Assembly: GCF_964204865.1 (NCBI RefSeq)
Contig: NC_135253.1
Span: forward strand, 3,658,001-3,722,000
DNA length: 64,000 nt
Direction of reading: 5' to 3'
From: Styela clava
Lineage: Eukaryota
How positions within the stretch are numbered: position 1 is the first letter of the stretch; the number at the start of each line of letters is the position of its first letter. Below the pieces are notes generated by a model. That model was not told the DNA's origin and did not search any database. It saw only the letters and a list, made by a program, of their open reading frames with translations. The position numbers and the translations under genes were made by a program. This document shows positions 51,901 through 64,000 of the stretch, in pieces.

Positions 51901-54900
51901 ACCATACATTTTTATATTTGGTATAATAAGGCCATAATGCAACACTTATGTAATACTTATGTAACAATGAACCTCTTATTAAAGATTTGCGTAATTTACC
52001 ACACTACGCCGGAATTAAGCCTATTTCATCGATGAAACGTCAAGTAACGTTCGACAAGGATGATGAGAAGCGGCCTGATTGCCTTTCCCCATTCCTTTAT
52101 GACATATAGGTATATAGCAAAGGAAATATTGCTAGTCCGATAGGATTTCCTCAAATTTTAATCTATACACTAAATAAAAAGAACTGATATCATACCAGTG
52201 AGATTCTTTACATACTATATATATCGTTTGAATACTAAATAATATTTCACCTTTTCAAATTCGCTTCCGGGTCATTTTCTTGCCTGCCTAGTCCGGTATC
52301 TGTAGACATTGTGTGTTGCAAGGTGTTAGTGTGTTTGTCGGTTGCGTCATCGGACTTTATTTGAACAGGCAAACTTTTCACTGAAGTTTTCTTCTCTTTG
52401 TTTTCGGAATCTTGATCCGAACTCGAAGAAGATGACGAGGACTGACTCGAAGACCTAAAAATTAGAAAAGAAATTTATTGTCGATGATTTTCGGGTACCA
52501 CTTTACTAATCGATCTCAGCGGTTGTGTGATCTCAGTTATTTTAGTATTAACCTAACCAAACGATAACAGCGTTAGAGACTGAATCTATGAGATGTCTTT
52601 ATGAGATTAAACGCATACCAAATTGCGTGACACTTTGGTATGCGATTGAGTTCACGTTAAGCAAGTGATATCACATACCAAAGTAGTTTTATGATGCTGA
52701 GATCGCCTTCCAAAGCAGAACCAATTTTTAATCTGTTTACGAATACCTAGGAAAGTTTCCTTTGCGTTATCATATGAGAAATCGGGAATAAAGTTGAAGT
52801 TAGTCAGTATCGGATAATCCCGTAAAACACGATTCATTTATTACTCATCAACTTGGATTTAATTTTATCATGTTACTGTTGCGTCGAATATGTTTAATTC
52901 ATTTATCAGCTCATAAAGCTGTTGCTTGGTCGAATTTCAACGAGTGGAGATACACACAATTGTATATTCGCTGAGAAAAACTGCTTTGAAATATTCGAAA
53001 CATTTTTATAAAGTAGTGTGTGGTACTCTAAGAAAAATTTCTATTCACTTGATCTGTTCTTCAGGAATCTCTAAATCTTCATCTTTTTCGAATTTCCTTA
53101 CAGCTGGCAATGGTGCAGCAGTTTGTTTGGGTTCTTCACTGACAATAAATGGCTCGTAATGCTCTATTGGTTCTTCAACCCTTCGAACAACTGGTAGTTC
53201 ATCCGCGTGGTTGGATTCATTTTCTTTGTCCGAATCTGACGACGATGATGATGAAGACGAAGACGTTGATTCTGCAGATGAGTAAGCATGCAAATGGAAT
53301 ACTTCCAAATATAATAAATAAAACTAATACCTATGAGCAGAAACCAATTATGTTACGATTTCTTTATTCCCGCTGTTGTATTCAACGAATGACAATAACT
53401 GTGTTTTAATTATATGATGTCTAAAATCGTTGTGTATCGAATTACTAAAATATTGCAATAACTTTACATGATCCTCAGACGGAAGATGCAGCGAAAGACG
53501 AGAGAGTATATTACTTTATGACCGAGTTCTTAGAAATAAATACGATTAGACATTTTGTATCATGATTTTACACGAACACGAGCGGCAAAATGATGAAATG
53601 TGCCTATGTTTTGTTACGACGATGATGCTGACGCAAAGTCGAAAACTGGCACACCCTCCCTGCGTAGATTTCCTGGATTGAATATCAAGAGCTATAAGCT
53701 AAAATTCATATACACTCGAACAGTGTCTTGAAAAGTCTTCCCGAATATTCAGCCTGAAGCTTCCGTGAAAATATCACGCAGCGATTTTCCATCTCGAACC
53801 ATTTAAGAACGTTAATCAATACGAGAGAATAAAACTCGATAGCTCTTTACCTATCAATGCCTACCCAACCAGAGCATTTTCCAGGGCAAAGGCTTGATAA
53901 AACTCTCACAATAAGAACACCAAGACACCGAACGATAATCAAACCAACTTCAGTCGTTAGTTTTACATAGTTTAAATTGACTTTACCAGTATACGGATAA
54001 AAGAATGATGTGCATTGTTAGGAAGCCAGACAAAAATTAAAATTGACTTTCAGTTCCTTCACCCAGTAACCAATGTCAAACTAACGTTTGAGTGGTATAA
54101 ATTCAAAACACCCGCCACTAAATAAATTATTGGTGCATCCAGTGTTATTATTTAACTAATATGATCATGCGCTGGTGTGGATACCGACATAGCATCAGCA
54201 AGTTTGCTTCGATTTTAGACTGTTACCGTAGCCTTTCCACCGCTTCTCGCACTAATAGCCCAATTACATAATAACACCCAGAGATTGTTATTTGGAAAAA
54301 ATTTAATTATTCGATATTTGATTAATATCATGACAGCAATATTAATGTTAAGCATTATTTGAAAATATTAATGATAATCTGCATGCCATAACCAAAAAAA
54401 TTGAATTATATATAATGAATAAATTAATGAAAATAATGCAAATATTTATGATATGACTGTCGGTTTTATGTTGAATAAATAAATTATGGTTCCAGAGTGC
54501 AAATATAATATATATAAATAATTATGAAACATGTAAATAACAGCAAATAGGCGAGAAGCGGCAGAATATAAAAGGCATTTGACAAATCTTATAATGCTAT
54601 GACTGAAATCAACTACTTTGATTGGTCGAAAAATTTAAAAAAAAATGGCGATTGTAAGCGTTTCTAGTAGTAGTGTGCAACTCCGAGACTAGGTATGGTA
54701 ACGTATTATGCCAAATAGAGTCGTGATGAAAATTGTTGTCAAATGCAAGTGGCGTGTACATGCTTTTCAATAGTGAAAATGTTCGATTATTCATGCTGAA
54801 AATTTATGCCTTTGTAAAATTATTTGAGAAAACAGACGAAAAGACATCACAGTATGTTCAGCAAAAAAGAAACAAGGTAGGTTGGGAGACATTAATTATA

Positions 54901-57900
54901 ACTTTTAGTAATGTGCGCACGACTCCGAATTTAGCATTGATTTGAATTGTAAATTATTAGGCTAGTCAAGCCGTAAAACTTGAGCCAGTTACTTGAAAAT
55001 TGTTGGCAATTTTGATGCGATAGCATGGTAATCTCATGGTCCGAATTGAAGCTAACATTAAACACGCGTTGACAAAATATGAAAATAACAGAACAAATCA
55101 TTAAAATTTCGCCCCCAGTTTCAAATTAAGAAAAGCTGCAGTTACTGGTCAATAACTCAATAGCGTATTTAATCTGGTCTGTTGTTGTGAACAATACAGA
55201 AAAATAGACCCAATTTTCTATCCCCCATGCAATTATTTCGCTTGCCAACATTAGACATAGGACTCCAACACTGCCACCAGAAAGTAGTTAAAGGAAGTAA
55301 CGAACATGCAGGTTTAAATTCACTCATTATAGGAAAACGAAACAGAGGAAAAGAAAGTGTGAGAAGGTCACTGTTATTAATATAGTGTCCCAAAACGTCG
55401 AAGAATTAGGCAGCGCCTACTTAGGTATTCATTCCGAACCTTTCTCTTTGACGTCGTCTAGCGGCTTTTCGTTTGTTTGATTTTCTTTGACGATGCTGAG
55501 TGGCGTAATTATTTCCTGCTCTTCTGGTTCAGGTTCTCTTTCATCATCTGATGAAGACGAACTTGAACTTGATGACGGCACTTTTTCAACACTAACTTCA
55601 GCCTCCTGTGTAGGCTTATCGACCTATAAAAATAGGGAAAAAAGTCCAAAATTATATCTTCACCCTAAAGTCTAAACCAACCTTTCTCAACTGGAAAGGA
55701 TTTCTTTTTCAGGAAGGAATTTCGCAGTTCTAGAGTAGGAATTCTGATTTGTATTAGCTGTAGTCTTACTAATATTTATTATTTTTTCTATTATAAATAT
55801 AAAACTTATTCATGAAAACATAAACAACTTAAAATGCACAAAAGCGGAAGTAAGAAATGAAGATTTCAGAAATAGGCAAAGGGAGGAATTTAACAAAGAA
55901 AGATTTGGAGCCAACGCCTTGAACTTTCCGATTTAATACAACTTGTTTTTTTCCACTTGTTGCAGGTATAAAAACATTTCACAATGAAATACCATTGAAC
56001 CACAGCGCGAAAAAAACATAGCTATTTTACCAGTAATTTTATATGAATATTTAGATTTTCGAAATGAGATAACATTTTTCTTCCATCTATCAATTATTGT
56101 CAGATCAGAAAATAAATTTGTTAATACAAAATTCACTTTGAGACAGAATAAATTAAATTACAGCATATTTACACTAAATAGGTTGAGGTTTTAACAATAC
56201 AAGATGCAAGATGTCTTCATGTTGTTAATATCAACCAAACAAAAAACCACACAATAGCAATCCCTCATTGTTAGATGTTCATTGTGTGTGCGTGTCATGG
56301 CCGCAGCTGCCATGCAGCGTCGATAAATTAAACGACATGGGAATAAATGTAGCGCAGGCAATGCTTTTGCAATTAATAATCTGATAATCGAAAAACGGCC
56401 TATTTATATATTGATATCAGATTTAGATTTGGATTTGGATTTTATGTTTTAAACTCCAAGTAATGCTGTATACACGTATAGTCAGTCATTCACATGTACT
56501 AGGTAATTAGTTCAGATTAACCTGCTAGAAAGATGACGGTTCATATAATAAGACACAATAGATTCCAGCAGCTCCTTACGTATCAACTATCAGTGGTACC
56601 TAACTTTTTCCGTTGTGAAAAAGGTAAAGACGTCTCACGATAACAAATAAATATTCGTTTTAACCGAGTTAATATATAACACAAAATTAATACATTATCG
56701 GAACGTGCCATGCATGGACAGCGATACCGACCACGCAAATCAGGGTCAATATCCCTACCATATTCGTTTGTCAAATTCACTTGAAATCAAGCCTGTCATT
56801 TGTCATGGTTGTTTCAATATGTGATATATATTCATGAAAATTGGGATTAGCATTTATATTATGTATATCAGTCAGATTGTCTGTCACCATTCAGGTCAGA
56901 TTACATGTTTGTTGCAATGCTGTAACCAAATTCGAATGCATAATAAAGGGTATTTCAATAACATGATACGAAGCTGAAATAATATATGAGACTGTTAGAA
57001 TGGCATATTTGAAATATTTATAACTGTGAAAGCACGTTAGCACAAAACGATAAAACCATAAATTGTATGAATGCTATGAGCTACTTTTCAACTTCTTGTG
57101 TATTTTCTAGAAATATTTCGAAATTTACTCGCAATAACACAATATTGAGTGTGTGTTGTTTAACCTGGCTGGGATCGAATACTGAATTACGTTTTAGCAA
57201 CGGAAAATGTGGTTTCAATGAATGCCCGATGAATACCACTGGAATCCGGTCCACAGTTTTTGACAGTTTTTTAAAAACAAAATAAACGCGCTGATTCACC
57301 TCTGAAAAATCTCGTTTAACGAAAGGGTAAAATAAGTATTAGGCATGGTATTAGAAAACGTCGTGAACCGTATCTGAACTGAAAAACACAGCAAGCTTGA
57401 CATTTCGTTTTTAAAATGAAGAGTCGAACAGACGTGAAGGCAATTACATACACACAATATATCGTAAATAAAGAGTAAATTATATGCTTCTAAAGAACAT
57501 CAGACGGCTCACTGTGTGTTCCAACTCCCAAAACTGTGATAAATGGTTAACAAAATTATATGTCACGGTGCAGAACCCATAAGTTATATAAATGTGACAC
57601 AATAGCATTGGATTTTCGGTCGGTTATGAGGAAAACCAAAAAAATGGTTTATAATCTCATAATATAACGTAATTAAATCCTAAAATGGGCTTGATAAATA
57701 TTTTAGCGATATTTTCACCTTCTTCTCTGGTGACTTTTTGCTCTCCCGCTTTTCGAGCTGTTTCTGTAGTTCTTCAACAAATGGATCTGACTTCTGAGCA
57801 AAAAGACAGAACGAGTATCAACATGTATTTGAATGGGTCGTATTAAAAATGCAGTCTCGAGTTGAAATGGAAACGATCGATACTGTTTCACATATAATAT

Positions 57901-60900
57901 TATTCCCAAATTCAGTGAAATATATTGCGAAATTACGAGTTTTTATCATGTTGTTAAAATACAGCATAGCAATGAAAGCTATATAAAATTTACTCTGAGC
58001 AACTGACAAAAATGAGAGTTATTAAAATGCGCTAAATGTGTCGTACCCAAAGTTGGCAAAATATTGTCCTTGAGCTAATGCACCAAATTAATTAACAAAC
58101 ATTTGAGTTTTCAGAATAGCAATGCCACACGTTTTTGTAAGACTTGGCAGTAAAAGACGACAAAACAGGTCACATGACGAGACGATTTAGTCGGTTCGAA
58201 TAAATTATTCACTACATCCAGTCCTATAGATATGAGTAGATCAAGGCATATCCATTCATATTATCGCGCATAGCTCATTTATATCAATCGTAGGCCTTCG
58301 ATCTCCACAATACTTACTGATTCATCGGCTCCCGGCATGAGATGCTTTTTCCCTCGTACAAGACTGATGGCCACTTTATACGGTGCCGCATAGCTCAATA
58401 CGTTTAACGCGTCTTCATACGATATTCCTTCGTAAAATACTGTAACACTTTCAATGATATCACCTGTGTGTGAGAAATTGAAATTTAGTTAACAAATTTA
58501 CTTCCTCGCACATTTTTTGTTGTCATAAATATATATATATATAAACTTTTCGATAGAGTGGAATCAATTTTTGCTTACCTGAATTGCAGTATACAATTTG
58601 TTTAGCTCCCGTAAAAATTGACCCCGCTATATATATGAAAGCTCAATAGCTCAATGTAAGAATGAGGTCATTCAAATGGCGATTGGAATCATATATATAT
58701 ATTTGATATTTATGAGGCATGTATAATAAATCGAATTCTTCTAATTATGTTCTATTTATTACAACAGTTAATATCCAATATGAAATTTGAGATGTGTAAA
58801 GGTGAATCCATTTTTAATGGTATTATTTGACTTAAATGGCTATCTCATGTTAAAACCATGACTAGACGTGACAAAGATGAAACAACATTTAATGCTTCCA
58901 AATCTAAACGCATTTACTATTCCAAGTTGAATTTAAATTGGCACAATTCGACTCATTATAATTAACGATATACCTTCCAATAATTTTCCCTGTGCAGGAC
59001 CATCTTTTCTGATATCACGAATAAATATATTTCCATCCTTATCCGCGACTATGTTGAATCCATTTGTTGAAGTTTTCTTGTTCAATACGATCGTATGAAC
59101 TTGGTCCTGATAATAGAATTTATTTATAAAAAATTAAATACTCATTTCATATCAATTACACAACTTTTAGAAATGAATCACAAAATTTAATGCACCTTGC
59201 TTCCATCTTCCGTTTTTATATGACCATTTGCTGGAATGCCTTCAACGTCCACGGCGCGTTCTTGAAAACCCTGAAATAAGTATTCTGTATTTTCATCATG
59301 GAATTTAAGTTTTAATCGAGAAAAGCATGACGCTATAAAGTTTGACTTAACAGTTCATATAACATAGTGTCTTGAGGATTTGATTAGAATTACAAAATAA
59401 TATTTGACTTATTGTTGTGTGTCACAAAACAAAGCCAACAACGGGAAATTCTGAAAGGCAACATATTGGATGATACTCTCATGAGTGGACAGAGCACCCC
59501 ACTTCTTTATAGATGTCGCATCGTGCCTTACTCAACAAGATTGTTTGATTCTCTCATTTGAACTAATTTACAAATGATTGTTTTATTGATGCTCGAGACC
59601 ATGACGTAACGTATAATTTTTTTTAAAATACTGACAAATTTTATAATGATTCAAGGAAGGAATATCCGTTGCTGGCAATAATTTCAGCGAGATAAATGTC
59701 TCTTTGTTATGCAATAGCAAAACCCATGTAAATACCCCAATCCCATCATAAAATGGATTGATACGTTGATCGAAAAAAGACGTATCAATGTTTTAGAGCA
59801 GTGATTCCCAAAGTGGGCGATATCGCCCCCCGGTGGGCGAAAATGATACAGAAGGGGCGAAAAAGTCGAAGGGGGCGATAGGGGGGCGATTTCGCGAAAA
59901 CTGGTTCTGCTCGGCGCATCGTGCACTTGATTACTGTGCTATGCGTGCTTTCGTGGGTTTGAATCACATGGACGATGTCACACGCGAAGGGATTGCTGTA
60001 CTCGTCTTCGCAGTAAGGTACGGTAGTTTGCGTATCCCAGTGATCGGGTAATCTGGCCAGGGACGCTGAATGGACCTTTCCCCGACCTTTGACCCCGGAT
60101 TCCCCCCCGGAAATTCTTCCCATACTTTACCATTCTAAAATTTTCGATGCTTATTTTAGGAGTGGTTTCGCGAGTTGTTGCCTATAAAGTGAAGGATTTG
60201 TTTCAAACTATCATTCTAATTTATACCATTCAACAATCTGTTTTTTAAAAGTACCAGTAAAGAATTTTAGCCTAGTCTATCACAGCTATTTCTACACTAA
60301 TTTTTGATTACTGCAATTAAATTAAAACTCCTAGGAGGATAAGGTGATCATTGAATTATTTTTATTTAAATTTCCGAAAAACAACTAAAAACTAACGAAT
60401 ATAATTCAAAATCGCAAAAATGAGGTAATGTTCACGACCACGCCTGAAAGTCTGGCTGAGTGAGGAATGTGTCTGAGTGGATGCGAAAGGGGGCATTGTT
60501 ACGTTTATTTTTGCATCTTGCTGATTGGCCAATGTCACCAAAGTAAACAAGGAAGTCTATGCCAGGGGAAACATCCAAAACGGCGGTTTTACCGATGAAT
60601 TAATTTTATTTATTATCTACGCTCGAAGAGTAAATTACATTTTTTACGTAACAGAATTTATCGTGAGACACGTTTAGACTAAATTTTATCATATCCTAAA
60701 AATTATATTGAACAGCTACTCGTTTAACGAGCCTACAATTTAATTACAATGAGACAAATGAAAACACGCAGAAAAGTTGATGCTGAGTGCAGGGGTTTAA
60801 TAGCGCAGTGAATATTCGAATATATTACAATGCAATAGGGGAAAAAATTCATATTCTATTCGAGAGATTCATCACTGCTTAATTTTTGTAAGAATGTATC

Positions 60901-63900
60901 TTTTTAAAGAAAATCTTTATCAAAATTTCACAAACCATGCAAAAACATTCACTTCGATGTTTGGAAGTACATATTTGGGCGAACAAATATTTATTAAAAT
61001 GGACATTACAAAGAACAAGCAAAGAACTAGGATTAGTGACTAGGATTTAGAAAATCTTCCAATCTTGGCGTCGTAAAGCTATCAAGCGTGATGCTGCAAC
61101 AAGACAGTGTCACATTAAATGTCATTGTAATAATTTTTTAATAAGACGACTGAGTTGAGTTCACGAATTGTCGGAGTTTTTGCACGATGTTCCGTTTTTA
61201 ACTTTCAAAAAATATATGCGATTCGCAAAAGAATAGCAACCCTAAATTTTGTCCCGCGAGCGACTCAAAATTTGCCGACCCCTGAGCCATCCGAGTCCAC
61301 AAATCCAAAACAAATGGCTGATTAATTCTATGGACTGGTGATCGGACTGTAGGACGTGGTAGGATGAGGAATGGGGATGACTTTTACCGAATACCGTTAT
61401 ATATCATGTATTTTGGTGAAGGTCATCAGGCTGTAGGGATGAATGGGATGTACCTAAATCATTATTATAAGTTTTGAAAATTTAATTTTGTTTTCATTCC
61501 TTTAATTTGAAACGGGGTGAATTTAGGGAGTTAAATGCTATAAGGCAAGAGTACGCGGCGGTTTTTAAGGAGGTAGAACCCTGGATTCTTTCATTTCCGA
61601 CTTTTGATATGTTGAAAAAGGGGTTTTCAGCCGTGACACTATTGCTATCAAAACAACTAAATCGCCTTTCCATCAGTAAACGGGGTAATTTTAGATATAA
61701 TAAAAAACTCGCCGAAGAACACCAAGCTCATCAATCTCATTGAAAAACACTATAAACTATGATTTGTCTTCTTATTTGGTCTGTAATATATTCGTTTCAG
61801 ACTTTCAATTTTTTTTGCAGTGCCGGGGGGGCGATGAAGTTGTATAAACTAGTTTAGGAGGGCGGTGGTACAAAAAGTTTGGGAACCACTGTTTTAGAGG
61901 ATGTGTGGATATGCAAATAATCTGTCGAATGTCATCAATGTGAATGTGTTTTGCTGGCAACAAACTATAAGCAAGCGAAAAAATAATTAGTGTTGAACAG
62001 CCAATACCTCATGTTGGAATGCTTGAGCGGGTGGTTCTGACCTATTCGGTTCAGTAACAACTTCTTGAAGTTCGCCTTCCTCCACTTTCTGTGCTTGACC
62101 ATTTTCTGCAAATGAAAAAGAAACATTAAATTTGTGAAAGATTTGTACCGAGGTAACTTCGTCAATGTTACTTGGCAAAACAACTTTTACAACCGATGCT
62201 TTAGAAGGCAAAAAGTTGTAAAGTACTGTTTTCATGCTGATGTACATGGAAGTACATTACGAAACTCAGTGTGACGAGAATTTTGGATGAAATATTCACT
62301 GCTACACAAATAAATACAAGTACCAAAAAGGCTTGAGGTGCACACTTCAAAATTGAATTAACAAAACAGAGGGATGGAGCAATATATTCTACAGCATGTC
62401 TGTCTAACATTGACTCGTTAAAGATTTATTGATTTAAGGGTATTTGTATTTTTAGAAGCATGCAGGTTAAACAGGATAGATTCTAGGAAAGTAAAAGCAT
62501 TGTTGAAAAGAAATAATATTGTGTAATATCACTGTAGATATAAGAAAAGAGTAAGGGAGGGAAAGTTCTGGGCTCATTTGTTCTAAATCTAAATATTAAT
62601 GTAAGTTTAACATTTATCATAATATAATTATATCATCGTTTGCGATATGCATTGGGTCGCAAAGAAAAAGATTAAAAAATGTTAAGCAAGTAGTTTGTGA
62701 TATTAATATGGATGTTTGATACATGTAATATTATAATTCATATTTTCATGAAAAAAAATCCACGAGAGATTCTGGAAATTCAGAAAACTTGGTCGTTGCT
62801 TTGAAATTTTCTTCATCTGATTCAAATTTACGGTGACATAACGTTGGGTACTTTTACTTTACTTTTAGCGCAGTATGGAAAGTCACATAAATTCTATATT
62901 TGTCTCATGCTGTTCAGCCTAATAGTTTCTACAATGGGCGTTAGAACTATTCGCATCACTGATATTTACGGTATGCCTACGCTAAGTTTCGTTTTTGGGC
63001 AATTTTGGTATGTTTGTTCATCGTACCTATTCAAGCATAGACAAGTAATGCCATTATAACAATGCTGTTTTAAGAGATTTTACCTGCAAAAACGTTACGC
63101 ATATCAACATCCATATAAATTCCTCCGATGTGAGGGATTAAGAACACTGGGTATAGTTGTTTTTTGACTTATTTATGCAGATAAATGGGTTCATGATAGC
63201 TAACATTTGCATTAATAGCGTGCATTGGTGAAAAAATTTAGTTTTTTTTTTTTTTATAATGTTCTGTATTGTTTACATCAAGACGTTTCATTTATATTCG
63301 CGTAAACCCACAATGTCAGACTTTTCTTTGACAGATTTCTTCAAATTTAACCACACTTGCATTATTGCAATACACACCACTTAAATATGTCAGATTTTTA
63401 CATTCAATCGCACAATGGGACCCTTTCACCTTTTTCCATGAGTCCTATGAATACGATTTAACTACTCAGAAAAAATTCTGAATTTGAATCAAATCGAATT
63501 AGGAAAACAGGAGACCACATATTCAGTATTGCATATTACGCTTGTTTGTTTTATTAAAATTAGAAAACAAACCGCATTATGCATACATAACGACAATGCG
63601 GTACAAATGAAAACGAGTGTCAGATTTAAACCAAGTCGATGGGATAATTGTTAGTGCTTGGATGAAATTGAAGAAATACCAATGTATAGGATAGAATCAT
63701 AATTTTTTCACATTTTTTGTATTTAGTTGTTGGAAATTACATATAGCAGCATGTGATTCAAACTTAAATAACATAGTAAAGGTTATACTACTAAAACCAA
63801 TGAGTGAATTAGTAGTTTGCTTGTTATGGCATTGACGACAAATTTAAGGCAATTCCTTTTTACAAAAATAAATAGAGTAACGTGTACTGCTTTTTGTAAA

Positions 63901-63925
63901 TCTTACCGAGAAATTCAAAACTCAT
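45920..63925 (-). CDS. PDZ (AHNAK/periaxin-type) + poly-Ser/acidic repeat + plakin-repeat-domain protein; 14 coding exons, about 1879 aa
   Basis: Exons (- strand) 63925-63907, 62105-62008, 59270-59196, 59106-58974, 58463-58318, 57793-57719, 55623-55440, 53271-53049, 52454-52251, 51293-51162, 50855-50679, 50572-50404, 50234-46532, 46221-45920; all GT-AG, phases consistent, total 5640 nt; in-frame TAA directly before ATG 63925. The first exon is the least certain. Confidence 0.85.
46010..47045 (-). other. Single plakin (plectin) repeat domain with its preceding linker-like segment
   Basis: [49 protein letters not shown]...[14 protein letters not shown]|[47 protein letters not shown] are canonical plectin/epiplakin/desmoplakin PRD motifs. 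Confidence 0.92.
58318..59106 (-). other. PDZ domain of AHNAK/AHNAK2/periaxin type (two exons)
   Basis: [43 protein letters not shown]|[36 protein letters not shown] resembles the recalled periaxin/AHNAK2 pattern (GIFV.....DSPA....LQEGDQLLS..VFFEN.KYEDAL..LQ..EPYKV.F.L.R). Confidence 0.8.
59799..61891 (+). mobile_element. Deleted hAT (Charlie/Buster-like) transposon in an intron of the PDZ-plakin gene
   Basis: TIRs CAGTGATTCCCAAA / TTTGGGAACCACTG; exact 8-bp TSD TTTTAGAG (59791-59798, 61892-61899); C-terminal transposase relic at 61507-61743 (FPT....[21 protein letters not shown]...HQAHQSH). Confidence 0.9.
60749..61284 (+). mobile_element. Nested second hAT remnant (GTF2IRD2/EPM2AIP1-like transposase family)
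   Basis: N-terminal relic [10 protein letters not shown]-terminal relic [27 protein letters not shown], right TIR TTTGCCGACCCCTG ending at 61284; left end not identified. Confidence 0.7.
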
Positions 63926-64000
63926 TTAAAATAAGACCTAACCGCTGCAAATGGTGTTGCTACTGATATGCATGCCTATGCTGTGACTTGAATAACTTTC

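Overview
AT-rich, intron-rich animal genomic DNA with GT-AG introns; the gene content and repeat families suggest an invertebrate chordate, probably an ascidian (inference). Manual splicing gives four intact gene models: (1) a two-exon 67-aa secreted, cationic, Cys-paired peptide gene absent from the ORF track (8001-8744, +); (2) a 13-exon HHIP-like (HHIPL1-type, C-terminal SRCR) gene of 721 aa (13746-26852, +), preceded by a decayed tandem HHIPL paralogue (about 703-5434); (3) a two-coding-exon MAP10/KIAA1383-like gene of 1028 aa (28288-31596, -); (4) a 14-exon gene of about 1879 aa (45920-63925, -) that joins an AHNAK/periaxin-type PDZ domain, more than 30 poly-Ser/acidic blocks and a single C-terminal plakin (plectin) repeat domain. 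Gene 4 is an architecture I do not recognise from described proteins and is the top finding. Introns and intergenic DNA hold hAT MITEs with TSDs, a nested hAT-in-hAT, tRNA-derived SINEs, a Helentron-like element, a LINE fossil within a large inverted duplication, a recent 675-bp duplication around a piggyBac-like end, and an LTR-retroelement remnant with a perfect tRNA-Trp PBS and a possible viral-glycoprotein (env)-like relic. All homology calls are from recalled motifs; no database search was run.
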